Source: Eledone cirrhosa (lineage: Eukaryota). Taken from it: 64,000 bases of DNA. Both the position numbers and the translations under genes were made by a program. The stretch is from positions 236,034,001-236,098,000 of the forward strand of contig OZ024741.1 in NCBI GenBank assembly GCA_964016885.1, written 5' to 3'. This document shows, in pieces, positions 11,801-27,940 of this stretch. The notes under the pieces are model-generated. The model made no database searches. It was not told the origin of the DNA and saw only the letters and a list, made by a program, of their open reading frames with translations. Position 1 is the first letter of the stretch; each line of letters begins with the position of its first letter.

Positions 11801-14800
11801 TGGTACCACTACTACTCCCCCACCACTATCACTAACACCACCAACACTGCCACCACCAGCAATAACACTTCCATCATGATTGTTGGTACCACTACTACTC
11901 CCCCACCACTATCACTAACACCACCAACACTGCCACCACCAGCAATAACACTTCCATCATCATTGTTGGTACCACTACTACTCCCCCACCACTATCACTA
12001 ACACCACCAACACTGCCACCACCAGCAATAACACTTCCATCATCATTGTTGGTACCACTACTACTCCCCCACCACTATCACTAACACCACCAACACTGCC
12101 ACCACCAGCAATAACACTATCATCATTGTTGGTACCACTACTACTCCCCCACCACTATCACTAACACCACCAACACTGCCACCACCAGCAATAACACTTC
12201 CATCATGATTGTTGGTACCACTACTACTCCCCCACCACTATCACTAACACCACCAACACTGCCACCACCAGCAATAACACTATCATCATCATTGTTGGTA
12301 CCACTACTACTCCCCCACCACTATCACTAACACCACCAACACTGCCACCACCAGCAATAACACTATCATCATCATTGTTGGTACCACTACTACTCCCCCA
12401 CCACTATCACTAACACCACCAACACTGCCACCACCAGCAATAACACTATCATCATCATTGTTGGTACCACTACTACTCCCCCACCACTATCACTAACACC
12501 ACCAACACTGCCACCACCAGCAATAACACTATCATCATCATTGTTGGTACCACTACTACTCCCCCACCACTATCACTAACACCATCAACACTGCCACCAC
12601 CAGCAATAACACTTCCATCATCATTGTTGGTACCACTGCTACTCCCCCACCACTATCACTAACACCACCAACACTGCCACCACCAGCAATAACACTTCCA
12701 TCATCATTGTTGGTACCACTACTACTCCCCCACCACTATCACTAACACCACCAACACTGCCACCACCAGCAATAACACTTCCATCATCATTGTTGGTACC
12801 ACTGCTACTCCCCCACCACTCTCACTAACACCACCAACACTGCCACCACCAGCAATAACACTTCCATCATCATTGTTGGTACCACTACTACTCCCCCACC
12901 ACTATCACTAACACCACCAACACTGCCACCACCAGCAATAACACTATCATCATCATTGTTGGTACCACTACTACTCCCCCACCACTATCACTAACACCAC
13001 CAACACAGCCACCACCAGCAATAACACTATCATCATCATTGTTGGTACCACTACTACTCCCCCACCACTATCACTAACACCACCAACACTGCCACCACCA
13101 GCAATAACACTTCCATCATCATTGTTGGTACCACTACTACTCCCCCACCACTATCACTAACACCACCAACACTGCCACCACCAGCAATAACACTTCCATC
13201 ATCATTGTTGGTACCACTACTACTCCCCCACCACTATCACTAACACCACCAACACTGCCACTACCAGCAATAACACTTCCATCATCATTGTTGGTACCAC
13301 TACTACTCCCCCACCACTATCACTAACACCACCAACACTGCCACCACCAGCAATAACACTATCATCATCATTGTTGGTACCACTACTACTCCCCCACCAC
13401 TATCACTAACACCACCAACACTGCCACCACCAGCAATAACACTTCCATCATCATTGTTGGTACCACTACTACTCCCCCACCACTATCACTAACACCACCA
13501 ACACTGCCACCACCAGCAATAACACTTCCATCATCATTGTTGGTACCACTACTACTCCCCCACCACTATCACTAACACCACCAACACTGCCACCACCAGC
13601 AATAACACTTCCATCATCATTGTTGGTACCACTACTACTCCCCCACCACTATCACTAACACCACCAACACTGCCACCACCAGCAATAACACTTCCATCAT
13701 CATTGTTGGTACCACTACTACTCCTCCACCACTATCACTAACACCACCAACACTGCCACAACCAGCAATAACACTTCCATCATGATTGTTGGTACCACTA
13801 CTACTCCCCCACCACTATCACTAACACCACCAACACTGCCACCACCAGCAATAACACTTCCATCATCATTGTTGGTACCACTGCTACTCCCCCACCACTA
13901 TCACTAACACCACCAACACTGCCACCACCAGCAATAACACTTCCATCATCATTGTTGGTACCACTACTACTCCCCCACCACTATCACTAACACCACCAAC
14001 ACTGCCACCACCAGCAATAACACTTCCATCATCATTGTTGGTACCACTGCTACTCCCCCACCACTCTCACTAACACCACCAACACTGCCACCACCAGCAA
14101 TAACACTTCCATCATCATTGTTGGTACCACTACTACTCCCCCACCACTCTCACTAACACCACCAACACTGCCACCACCAGCAATAACACTATCATCATCA
14201 TTGTTGGTACCACTACTACTGCCCCACCACTCTCACTAACACCACCAACACTGCCACCACCAGCAATAACACTATCATCATCATTGTTGGTACCACTACT
14301 ACTCCCCCACCACTATCACTAACACCACCAACACTGCCACTACCAGCAATAACACTATCATCATCATTGTTGGTACCACCACTACTCCCCCACCACTATC
14401 ACTAACACCACCAACACTGCCACCACCAGCAATAACACTATCATCATCATTGTTGGTACCACTACTACTCCCCCACCACTATCACTAACACCACCAACAC
14501 TGCCACCACCAGCAATAACACTATCATCATCATTGTTGGTACCACTACTACTGCCCCACCACTCTCACTAACACCACCAACACTGCCACCACCAGCAATA
14601 ACACTTCCATCATCATTGTTGGTACCACTGCTACTCCCCCACCACGATCACTAACACCACCAACACTGCCACCACCAGCAATAACACTATCATCATCATT
14701 GTTGGTACCACTACTACTCCCCCACCACTATCACTAACACCACCAACACTGCCACCACCAGCAATAACACTTCCATCATCATTGTTGGTACCACTACTAC

Positions 14801-17800
14801 TCCCCCACCACTATCACTAACACCACCAACACTGCCAACCACCAGCAATAACACTTCCATCATCATTGTTGGTACACTACTACTCCCACACCACTATCAC
14901 TAACACCACCAACACTGCCACCACCAGCAATAACACTTCCATCATCATTGTTGGTACCACTACTACTCTCCCACCACTACCACTAACACCACCAACACTG
15001 CCACCACCAGCAATAACACTTCAATCATCATTGTTGGTACCACTACTACTCCCCCACCACTCTCACTAACACCACCAACACTGCCACCACCAGCAATAAC
15101 ACTTCCATAATCATTGTTGGTACCACTACTACTCCCCCACCACTATCACTAACACCACCAACACTGCCACCACAAGCAATAACACTTCCATCATCATTGT
15201 TGGTACCACTACTACTCCCCCACCACTCTCACTAACACCACCAACACTGCCACCACCAGCAATAACACTATCATCATCATTGTTGGTACCACTACTACTC
15301 CCCCACCACTATCACTAACACCACCAACACTGCCACCACCAGCAATAACACTATCATCATCATTGTTGGTACCACTACTACTCCCCCCACCACTATCACT
15401 AACACCACCAACACTGCCACCACCAGCAATAACACTTCCATCATTATTGTTGGTACCACTACTACTCCCCCACCACTATCACTAACACCACCAACACTGC
15501 CACCATCAGCAATAACACTTCCATCATCATTGTTGGTACCACTGCTACTCCCACACCACTATCACTAACACCACCAACACTGCCACCACCAGCAATAACA
15601 CTTCCATCATCATTGTTGGTACCACTACTACTCCTCCACCTCTATCACTAACACCACCAACACTGCCACAACCAGCAATAACACTTCCAACATCATTGTT
15701 GGTACCACTACTACTCCCCCACCACTATCACTAACACCACCAACACTGCCACCACCAGCAATAACACTACCATCATCATTGTTGGTACCAACTGCTACTC
15801 CCACACCACTATCACTAACACCACCAACACTGCCACCACCAGCAATAACACTTCCATCATCATTGTTGGTACCACTACTACTCCTCCACCACTATCACTA
15901 ACACCACCAACACTGCCACCACCAGCAATAACACTTCCATCATCATTGTTGGTACCACTACTACTCCCCCACCACTATCACTAACACCACCAACACTGCC
16001 ACCACCAGCAATAACACTTCCATCATCATTGTTGGTACCACTGCTACTCCCCCCACCACTCTCACTAACACCACCAACACTGCCACCACCAGCAATAACA
16101 CTTCCATCATCATTGTTGGTACCAACTACTACTCCCCCACCACTATCACTAACACCACCAACACTGCCACCACCAGCAATAACACTATCATCATCATTGT
16201 TGGTACCACTACTACTCCCCCACCACTATCACTAACGACCACCAACACTGCCACCACCAGCAATAACACTATCATCATCATTGTTGGTACCACTACTACT
16301 CCCCCACCACTATCACTAACACCACCAACACTGCCACCACCAGCAATAACACTTCCATCATCATTGTTGGTACCACTACTACTCCCCCACCACTATCACT
16401 AACACCACCAACACTGCCACCACCAGCAATAACACTTCCATCATCATTGTTGGTACCACTACTACTCCCCCACCACTACCACTAACACCACCAACACTGC
16501 CACTACCAGCAATAACACTATCATCATCATTGTTGGTACCACTACTACTCCCCCACCACTATCACTAACACCACCAACACTGCCACCACCAGCAATAACA
16601 CTATCATCATCATTGTTGGTACCACTACTACTCCCCCACCACTATCACTAACACCACCAACACTGCCACCACCAGCAATAACACTTCCATCATCATTGTT
16701 GGTTACCACTGCTACTCCCCCACCACTATCACTAACACCACCAACACTGCCACCACCAGCAATAACACTATCATCATCATTGTTGGTACCACTACTACTC
16801 CCCCACCACTATCACTAACACCACCAACACTGCCACCACCAGCAATAACACTTCCATCATCATTGTTGGTACCACTACTACTCCCCCACCACTACCACTA
16901 ACACCACCAACACTGCCACCACCAGCAATAACACTTCCATCATCATTGTTGGTACCACTACTACTCCCCCACCACTATCACTAACACCACCAACACTGCC
17001 ACCACCAGCAATAACACTTCCATCATCATTGTTGGTACCACTGCTACTCCCCCACCACTCTCACTAACACCACCAACACTGCCACCACCAGCAATAACAC
17101 TTCCATCATCATTGTTGGTACCACTACTACTCCCCCACCACTCTCACTAACACCACCAACACTGCCACCACCAGCAATAACACTATCATCATCATTGTTG
17201 GTACCTCTACTACTGCCCCACCACTCTCACTAACACCACCAACACTGCCACCACCAGCAATAACACTATCATCATCATTGTTGGTACCACTACTACTCCC
17301 CCACCACTATCACTAACACCACCAACACTGCCACTACCAGCAATAACACTATCATCATCATTGTTGGTACCACCACTACTCCCCCACCACTATCACTAAC
17401 ACCACCAACACTGCCACCACCAGCAATAACACTATCATCATCATTGTTGGTACCACTACTACTGCCCCACCACTCTCACTAACACCACCAACACTGCCAC
17501 CACAAGCAATAACACTTCCATCATCATTGTTGGTACCACTGCTACTCCCCCACCACTATCACTAACACCACCAACACTGCCACCACCAGCAATAACACTA
17601 TCATCATCATTGTTGGTACCACTACTACTCCCCCACCACTATCACTAACACCACCAACACTGCCACCACCAGCAATAACACTTCCATCATCATTGTTGGT
17701 ACCACTACTACTCCCCCACCACTATCACTAACACCACCAACACTGCCACCACCAGCAATAACACTTCCATCATCATTGTTGGTACCACTACTACTCCCAC

Positions 17801-20800
17801 ACCACTATCACTAACACCACCAACACTGCCACCACCAGCAATAACACTTCCATCATCATTGTTGGTACCACTACTACTCTCCCACCACTACCACTAACAC
17901 AACCAACACTGCCACCACCAGCAATAACACTTCAATCATCATTGTTGGTACCACTACTACTCCCCCACCACTCTCACTAACACCACCAACACTGCCACCA
18001 CCAGCAATAACACTTCCATCATCATTGTTGGTACCACTACTACTCCCCCACCACTATCACTAACACCACCAACACTGCCACCACAAGCAATAACACTTCC
18101 ATCATCATTGTTGGTACCACTACTACTCCCCCACCACTCTCACTAACACCACCAACGCTGCCACCACCAGCAATAACACTATCATCATCATTGTTGGTAC
18201 CACTACTACTCCCCCACCACTATCACTAACACCACCAACACTGCCACCACCAGCAATAACACTATCATCATCATTGTTGGTACCACTACTACTCCCCCAC
18301 CACTATCACTAACACCACCAACACTGCCACCACCAGCAATAACACTTCCATCATTATTGTTGGCACCACTACTACTCCCCCACCACTATCACTAACACCA
18401 CCAACACTGCCACCATCAGCAATAACACTTCCATCATCATTGTTGGTACCACTGCTACTCCCACACCACTATCACTAACACCACCAACACTGCCACCACC
18501 AGCAATAACACTTCCATCATCATTGTTGGTACCACTACTACTCCTCCACCTCTATCACTAACACCACCAACACTGCCACAACCAGCAATAACACTTCCAT
18601 CATCATTGTTGGTAACACTACTACTCCCCCACCACTATCACTAACACCACCAACACTGCCACCACCAGCAATAACACTACCATCATCATTGTTGGTACCA
18701 CTGCTACTCCCACACCACTATCACTAACACCACCAACACTGCCACCACCAGCAATAACACTACCATCATCATTGTTGGTACCACTACTACTCCCCCACCA
18801 CTCTCACTAACACCACCAACACTGCCACCACCAGCAATAACACTTCCATCATCATTGTTGGTACCACTGCTACTCCCACGCCACTATCACTAACACCACC
18901 AACACTGCCACCACCAGCAATAACACTTCCATCATCATTGTTGGTACCACTACTACTCCCCCACCACTATCACTAACACCACCAACACTGCCACCACCAG
19001 CAATAACACTATCATCATCATTGTTGGTACCACTACTACTCCCCCACCACTATCACTAACACCACCAACACTGCCACCACCAGCAATAACACTATCATCA
19101 TCATTGTTGGTACCACTACTACTCCCCCACCACTATCACTAACACCACCAACACTGCCACCACCAGCAATAACACTTCCATCATCATTGTTGGTACCACT
19201 ACTACTCCCCCACCACTATCACTAACACCACCAACACTGCCACCACCAGCAATAACACTTCCATCATCATTGTTGGTACCACTACTACTCCCCCACCACT
19301 ACCACTAACACCACCAACACTGCCACTACCAGCAATAACACTATCATCATCATTGTTGGTACCACTACTACTCCCCCACCACTATCACTAACACCACCAA
19401 CACTGCCACCACCAGCAATAACACTATCATCATCATTGTTGGTACCACTACTACTCCCCCACCACTATCACTAACACCACCAACACTGCCACCACCAGCA
19501 ATAACACTTCCATCATCATTGTTGGTACCACTGCTACTCCCCCACCACTATCACTAACACCACCAACACTGCCACCACCAGCAATAACACTATCATCATC
19601 ATTGTTGGTACCACTACTACTCCCCCACCACTATCACTAACACCACCAACACTGCCACCACCAGCAATAACACTTCCATCATCATTGTTGGTACCACTAC
19701 TACTCCCCCACCACTACCACTAACACCACCAACACTGCCACCACCAGCAATAACACTATCATCATCATTGTTGGTACCACTACTACTCCCCCACCACTAC
19801 CACTAACACCACCAACACTGCCACCACCAGCAATAACACTATCATCATCATTGTTGGTAGCACTACTACTGCCCCACCACTCTCACTAACACCACCAACA
19901 CTGCCACCACCAGCAATAACACTTCCATCATCATTGTTGGTACCACTGCTACTCCCCCACCACTATCACTAACACCACCAACACTGCCACCACCAGCAAT
20001 AACACTATCATCATCATTGTTGGTACCACTACTACTCCCCCACCACTATCACTAACACCACCAACACTGCCACCACCAGCAATAACACTTCCATCATCAT
20101 TGTTGGTACCACTACTACTCCCCCACCACTATCACTAACACCACCAACACTACCACCACCAGCAATAACACTTCCATCATCATTGTTGGTACCACTACTA
20201 CTCCCACACCACTATCACTAACACCACCAACACTGCCACCACCAGCAATAACACTTCCATCATCATTGTTGGTACCACTACTACTCTCCCACCACTACCA
20301 CTAACACCACCAACACTGCCACCACCAGCAATAACACTTCAATCATCATTGTTGGTACCACTACTACTCCCCCACCACTCTCACTAACACCACCAACACT
20401 GCCACCACCAGCAATAACACTTCCATCATCATTGTTGGTACCACTACTACTCCCCCACCACTCTCACTAACACCACCAACACTGCCACCACCAGCAATAA
20501 CACTATCATCATCATTGTTGGTACCACTACTACTCCCCCACCACTATCACTAACACCACCAACACTGCCACCACCAGCAATAACACTATCATCATCATTG
20601 TTGGTACCACTACTACTCCCCCACCACTATCACTAACACCACCAACACTGCCACCACCAGCAATAACACTTCCATCATTATTGTTGGTACCACTACTACT
20701 CCCCCACCACTATCACTAACACCACCAACACTGCCACCATCAGCAATAACACTTCCATCATCATTGTTGGTACCACTGCTACTCCCACACCACTATCACT

Positions 20801-23800
20801 AACACCACCAACACTGCCACCACCAGCAATAACACTTCCATCATCATTGTTGGTACCACTACTACTCCTCCACCACTATCACTAACACCACCAACACTGC
20901 CACCACCAGCAATAACACTTCCATCATCATTGTTGGTACCACTACTACTCCCCCACCACTATCACTAACACCACCAACACTGACACCACCAGCAATAACA
21001 CTATCATCATCATTGTTGGTACCACTACTACTCCCCCACCACTATCACTAACACCACCAACACTGCCACCACCAGCAATAACACTATCATCATCATTGTT
21101 GGTACCACTACCACTCCCCCACCACTATCACTAACACCACCAACACTGCCACCACCAGCAATAACACTATCATCATCATTGTTGGTACCACTACTACTCC
21201 CCCACCACTATCACTAACACCACCAACACTGCCACCACCAGCAATAACACTTCCATCATCATTGTTGGTACCACTACTACTCCCCCACCACTATCACTAA
21301 CACCACCAACACTGCCACCACCAGCAATAACACTTCCATCATCATTGTTGGTACCACTACTACTCCCCCACCACTACCACTAACACCACCAACGCTGCCA
21401 CTACCAGCAATAACACTATCATCATCATTGTTGGTACCACTACTACTCCCCCACCACTATCACTAACACCACCAACACTGCCACCACCAGCAATAACACT
21501 ATCATCATCATTGTTGGTACCACTACTACTCCCCCACCACTATCACTAACACCACCAACACTGCCACCACCAGCAATAACACTTCCATCATCATTGTTGG
21601 TACCACTGCTACTCCCCCACCACTATCACTAACACCACCAACACTGCCACCACCAGCAATAACACTATCATCATCATTGTTGGTACCACTACTACTCCCC
21701 CACCACTATCACTAACACCACCAACACTGCCACCACCAGCAATAACACTTCCATCATCATTGTTGGTACCACTACTACTCCCCCACCACTACCACTAACA
21801 CCACCAACACTGCCACCACCAGCAATAACACTATCATCATTATTGTTGGTACCACTACTACTCCCCCACCACTACCACTAACACCACCAACACTGCCACC
21901 ACCAGCAATAACACTATCATCATCATTGTTGGTACCACTACTACTGCCCCACCACTCTCACTAACACCACCAACACTGCCACCACCAGCAATAACACTTC
22001 CATCATCATTGTTGGTACCACTGCTACTCCCCCACCACTATCACTAACACCACCAACACTGCCACCACCAGCAATAACACTATCATCATCATTGTTGGTA
22101 CCACTACTACTCCCCCACCACTATCACTAACACCACCAACACTGCCACCACCAGCAATAACACTTCCATCATCATTGTTGGTACCACTACTACTCCCCCA
22201 CCACTACCACTAACACCACCAACACTGCCACCACCAGCAATAACACTTCCATCATCATTGTTGGTACCACTACTACTCTCCCACCACTACCACTAACACC
22301 ACCAACACTGCCACCACCAGCAATAACACTATCATCATCATTGTTGGTACCACTACTACTCCCCCACCACTATCACTAACACCACCAACACTGCCACCAC
22401 CAGCAATAACACTTCCATCATCATTGTTGGTACCACTACTACTCCCCCACCACTACCACTAACACCACCAACACTGCCACCACCAGCAATAACACTTCCA
22501 TCATCATTGTTGGTACCACTACTACTCTCCCACCACTACCACTAACACCACCAACACTGCCACCACCAGCAATAACACTATCATCATCATTGTTGGTACC
22601 ACTACTACTCCCCCACCACTATCACTAACACCACCAACACTGCCACCACCAGCAATAACACTTCCATCATCATTGTTGGTACCACTACTACTCCCCCACC
22701 ACTACCACTAACACCACCAACACTGCCACCACCAGCAATAACACTTCCATCATCATTGTTGGTACCACTACTACTCTCCCACCACTACCACTAACACCAC
22801 CAACACTGCCACCACCAGCAATAACACTATCATCATCATTGTTGGTACCACTACTACTCCCCCACCACTATCACTAACACCACCAACACTGCCACCACCA
22901 GCAATAACACTTCCATCATCATTGTTGGTACCACTACTACTCCCCCACCACTCTCACTAACACCACCAACACTGCCACCACCAGCAATAACACTTCCATC
23001 ATCATTGTTGGTACCACTACTACTCTCCCACCACTACCACTAACACCACCAACACTGCCACCACCAGCAATAACACTTCAATCATCATTGTTGGTACCAC
23101 TACTACTCCCCCACCACTCTCACTAACACCACCAACACTGCCACCACCAGCAATAACACTTCCATCATCATTGTTGGTACCACTACTACTCCCCCACCAC
23201 TATCACTAACACCACCAACACTGCCACCACAAGCAATAACACTTCCATCATCATTGTTGGTACCACTACTACTCCCCCACCACTATCACTAACACCACCA
23301 ACACTGCCACCACCAGCAATAACACTATCATCATCATTGTTGGTACCACTACTACTCCTCCACCACTATCACTAACACCACCAACACTGCCACCACCAGC
23401 AATAACACTTCCATCATCATTGTTGGTACCACTACTACTCCCCCACCACTATCACTAACACCACCAACACTGCCACCACCAGCAATAACACTATCATCAT
23501 CATTGTTGGTACCACTACTACTCCCCCACCACTATCACTAACACCACCAACACTGCCACCACCAGCAATAACACTTCCATCATCATTGTTGGTACCACTA
23601 CTACTCCCCCACCACTCTCACTAACACCACCAACACTGCCACCACCAGCAATAACACTTCCATCATCATTGTTGGTACCACTACTACTCCCCCACCACTA
23701 TCACTAACACCACCAACACTGCCACCACAAGCAATAACACTTCCATCATCATTGTTGGTACCACTACTACTCCCCCACCACTCTCACTAACACCACCAAC

Positions 23801-24665
23801 ACTGCCACCACCAGCAATAACACTTCCATCATCATTGTTGGTACCACTACTACTCCCCCACCACTATCACTAACACCACCAACACTGCCACCACCAGCAA
23901 TAACACTATCATCATCATTGTTGGTACCACTACTACTCCTCCACCACTATCACTAACACCACCAACACTGCCACCACCAGCAATAACACTTCCATCATCA
24001 TTGTTGGTACCACTACTACTCCCCCACCACTATCACTAACACCACCAACACTGCCACCACCAGCAATAACACTTCCATCATCATTGTTGGTACCACTACT
24101 ACTCCCCCACCACTATCACTAACACCACCAACACTGCTACCACCAGCAATAACACTTCCATCATCATTGTTGGTACCACTACTACTCCCCCACCACTATC
24201 ACTAACACCACCAACACTGCCACCACCAGCAATAACACTTCCATCATCATTGTTGGTACCACTACTACTCCCCCACCACTATCACTAACACCACCAACAC
24301 TGCCACCACCAGCAATAACACTTCCATCATCATTGTTGGTACCACTACTACTCCCCCACCTCTATCACTAACACCACCAACACTGCCACCACCAGCAATA
24401 ACACTTCCATCATCATTGTTGGTACCACTACTACTCCCCCACCACTATCACTAACACCACCAACACTGCCACCACCAGCAATAACACTATCATCATCATT
24501 GTTGGTACCACTACTACTCCCCCACCACTATCACTAACACCACCAACACTGCCACCACCAGCAATAACACTTCCATCATCATTGTTGGTACCACTACTAC
24601 TCCCCCACCACTCTCACTAACACCACCAACACTGCCACCACCAGCAATAGCACTATCATCATCAT
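8805..24665 (+). repeat. 83-bp tandem satellite, ~191 copies
   Basis: Unit GGTACCACTACTACTCCCCCACCACTATCACTAACACCACCAACACTGCCACCACCAGCAATAACACTTCCATCATCATTGTT; GGTACC at 8817, 8900, 8983 ... 24587. The unit is not a multiple of 3 and contains stops. Confidence 0.98.
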
Positions 24666-24752
24666 CATCATCATTGACACAAACTTACTCATCAGTTATC
24701 ATATATTACCATCATTTAGGTTATCACTATCATCATGATCAGTTATCATCAT

Positions 24753-24753
24753 T

Positions 24754-24819
<66 letters not shown>
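24753..24819 (+). repeat. (GCA)n microsatellite
   Basis: About 22 triplets with one interruption. Confidence 0.95.
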
Positions 24820-24964
24820 GCTCCTGTCACACCATCATCATCCAAACTATCAGAATCATTGTAACTACCATGTTATTCTCATCTTCACATCATCATCATC
24901 ACCTCAACAAAAATCATCAAATTGAAATGACAAATTGGTATGGTACTGGTGGTGGTAGTGCTGA

Positions 24965-27635
24965 GGATGGTGGTGGTAAGGTGATGGCTGTGGTGTTGGT
25001 GTTGGTGTTGGTGCTGGTGATGGTGGTGACTATGGTGATGGTAGAGATAGTGATGGTACTGGGGATGGTGGTGTGGTGGTAAGGTGATGGCTGTGGTGTT
25101 GGTGTTGGTGTTGGTGCTGGTGATGGTGGTGACTATGGTGATGGTAGTGATAGTGATGGTACTGGGGATGGTGGTGTGGTAGTAAGGTGATGGCTGTGGT
25201 GTTGGTGTTGGTGGTGGTGGTGACTATGGTGATGGTAGTGATAGTGATGGTACTGGGGTTGGTGGTGTGGTGGTAAGGTGATGGCTGTGGTGTTGGTGTT
25301 GGTGGTGGTAGTGACTATGGTGATGGTAGTGATAGTGATGGTACTGGGGTTGGTGGTGTGGTGGTAAGGTGATGGCTGTGGTGTTGGTGTTGGTGATGGT
25401 GGTGACTATGGTGATGGTAGTGATAGTGATGGTACTGGGGATGGTGGTGTGGTAGTAAGGTGATGGCTGTGGTGTTGGTGTTGGTGATGGTGGTGACTAT
25501 GGTGATGGTAGTGATAGTGATGGTACTGGGGGTGGTGGTGTGGTGGTAAGGTGATGGCTGTGGTGTTGGTGTTGGTGCTGGTGATGGTGGTGACTATGGT
25601 GATGGTAGTGATAGTGATGGTACTGGGGTTGGTGGTGTGGTGGTAAGGTGATGGCTGTGGTGTTGGTGTTGGTGGTGGTGGTGACTATGGTGATGGTAGT
25701 GATAGTGATGGTACTGGGGTTGGTGGTGTGGTGGTAAGGTGATGGCTGTGGTGTTGGTGTTGGTGGTGGTGGTGACTATGGTGATGGTAGTGATAGTGAT
25801 GGTACTGGGGGTGGTGGTGTGGTGGTAAGGTGATGGCTGTGGTGTTGGTGTTGGTGTTGGTGCTGGTGATGGTGGTGACTATGGTGATGGTAGTGATAGT
25901 GATGGTACTGGGGTTGGTGGTGTGGTGGTAAGGTGATGGCTGTGGTGTTGGTGTTGGTGGTGGTGGTGACTATGGTGATGGTAGTGATAGTGATGGTACT
26001 GGGGTTGGTGGTGTGGTGGTAAGGTGATGGCTGTGGTGTTGGTGTTGGTGGTGGTGGTGACTATGGTGATGGTAGTGATAGTGATGGTACTGGGGTTGGT
26101 GGTGTGGTGGTAAGGTGATGGCTGTGGTGTTGGTGGTGACTATGGTGATGGTAGTGATAGTGATGGTACTGGGGTTGGTGGTGTGGTGGTAAGGTGATGG
26201 CTGTGGTGTTGGTGTTGGTGCTGGTGATGGTGGTGACTATGGTGATGGTAGTGATTGTGATGGTACTGGGGTTGGTGGTGTGGTGGTAAGGTGATGGCTG
26301 TGGTGTTGGTGTTGGTGGTGGTGGTGACTATGGTGATGGTAGTGATAGTGATGGTACTAGGGTTGGTGGTGTGGTAGTAAGGTGATGGCTGTGGTGTTGG
26401 TGTTGGTGCTGGTGATGGTGGTGACTATGGTGATGGTAGTGATAGTGATGGTACTGGGGTTGGTGGTGTGGTGGTAAGGTGATGGCTGTGGTGTTGGTGT
26501 TGGTGTTAGTGCTGGTGATGGTGGTGACTATGGTGATGGTAGTGATAGTGATGGTACTGGGGTTGGTGGTGTGGTAGTAAGGTGATGGCTGTGGTGTTGG
26601 TGTTGGTGTTAGTGCTGGTGATGGTGGTGACTATGGTGATGGTAGTGATAGTGATGGTACTGGGGTTGGTGGTGTGGTGGTAAGGTGATGGCTGTGGTGT
26701 TGGTGTTGGTGGTGGTGGTGACTATGGTGATGGTAGTGATAGTGATGGTACTGGGGTTGGTGGTGTGGTGGTAAGGTGATGGCTGTGGTGTTGGTGTTGG
26801 TGCTGGTGATGGTGGTGACTATGGTGATGGTAGTGATAGTGATGGTACTAGGGTTGGTGGTGTGGTAGTAAGGTGATGGCTGTGGTGTTGGTGTTGGTGC
26901 TGGTGATGGTGGTGACTATGGTGATGGTAGTGATAGTGATGGTACTGGGGTTGGTGGTGTGGTGGTAAGGTGATGGCTGTGGTGTTGGTGTTGGTGGTGG
27001 TGGTGACTATGGTGATGGTAGTGATAGTGATGGTACTGGGGTTGGTGGTGTGGTGGTAAGGTGATGGCTGTGGTGTTGGTGTTGGTGCTGGTGATGGTGG
27101 TGACTATGGTGATGGTAGTGATAGTGATGGTACTAGGGTTGGTGGTGTGGTGGTAAGGTGATGGCTGTGGTGTTGGTGTTGGTGGTGGTGGTGACTATGG
27201 TGATGGTAGTGATAGTGATGGTACTAGGGTTGGTGGTGTGGTAGTAAGGTGATGGCTGTGGTGTTGGTGTTGGTGGTGGTGGTGACTATGGTGATGGTAG
27301 TGATAGTGATGGTACTGGGGTTGGTGGTGTGGTGGTAAGGTGATGGCTGTGGTGTTGGTGTTGGTGCTGGTGATGGTGGTGACTATGGTGATGGTAGTGA
27401 TAGTGATGGTACTAGGGTTGGTGGTGTGGTGGTAAGGTGATGGCTGTGGTGTTGGTGTTGGTGGTGGTGGTGACTATGGTGATGGTAGTGATAGTGATGG
27501 TACTGGGCATGGTGGTGTGGTGGTAAGGTGATGGATGTGGTGTTGGTGTTGGTGCTGGTGGTGACTATGGTGATGGTAGTGATAGTGATGGTACTGGGCA
27601 TGGTGGTGTGGTAGTAATGTGATGGCTGTGGTGAA
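24965..27635 (+). repeat. G/T-rich minisatellite, 91-bp base unit (79/91/97/103 variants), ~29 copies
   Basis: The anchor TAAGGTGATGGCTGTGG recurs at 24977, 25080, 25183, 25274, 25365 ... 27615; length varies in 6-bp steps. Confidence 0.97.
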
Positions 27636-27750
27636 TGTGCTACTGCTGATGGTTGTGGTGGTGGTATTGGTGATGGTGCTGTTGACTATGGTAGTGGTAG
27701 TTGCAATGATCAACAGCAACAAATCAAATACCAGTTGGTCAACACTAACA

Positions 27751-27940
27751 TAATTGTTTCTACTTTTGGCACAAGGCCAGCAATTACCCAGTGCATTACT
27801 GGTTCTTTATTTTATCGACCCCGTAAGGATGAAAGGCAAAGTAAACCTCGGCGGGATTTGAATTCAGAATGGCAAGGGCCGTAACTCTATGCGTCAAAGC
27901 ATGGCGTCCGACCCTCTACCGATACTGCAAATCCCCCGCC
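27751..27940 (-). mobile_element. full-length SINE family A with target-site duplication
   Basis: Flanked by AAT(A)CCAGT(T)GGTCAACACTAACA at 27727-27750 and 27941-27962. Confidence 0.92.

Noticed and set aside
8805-24665. Mucin exon or CRISPR array
   Set aside because: The 83-bp unit shifts frame and contains stops; there are no unique spacers and no cas genes; the context is eukaryotic.
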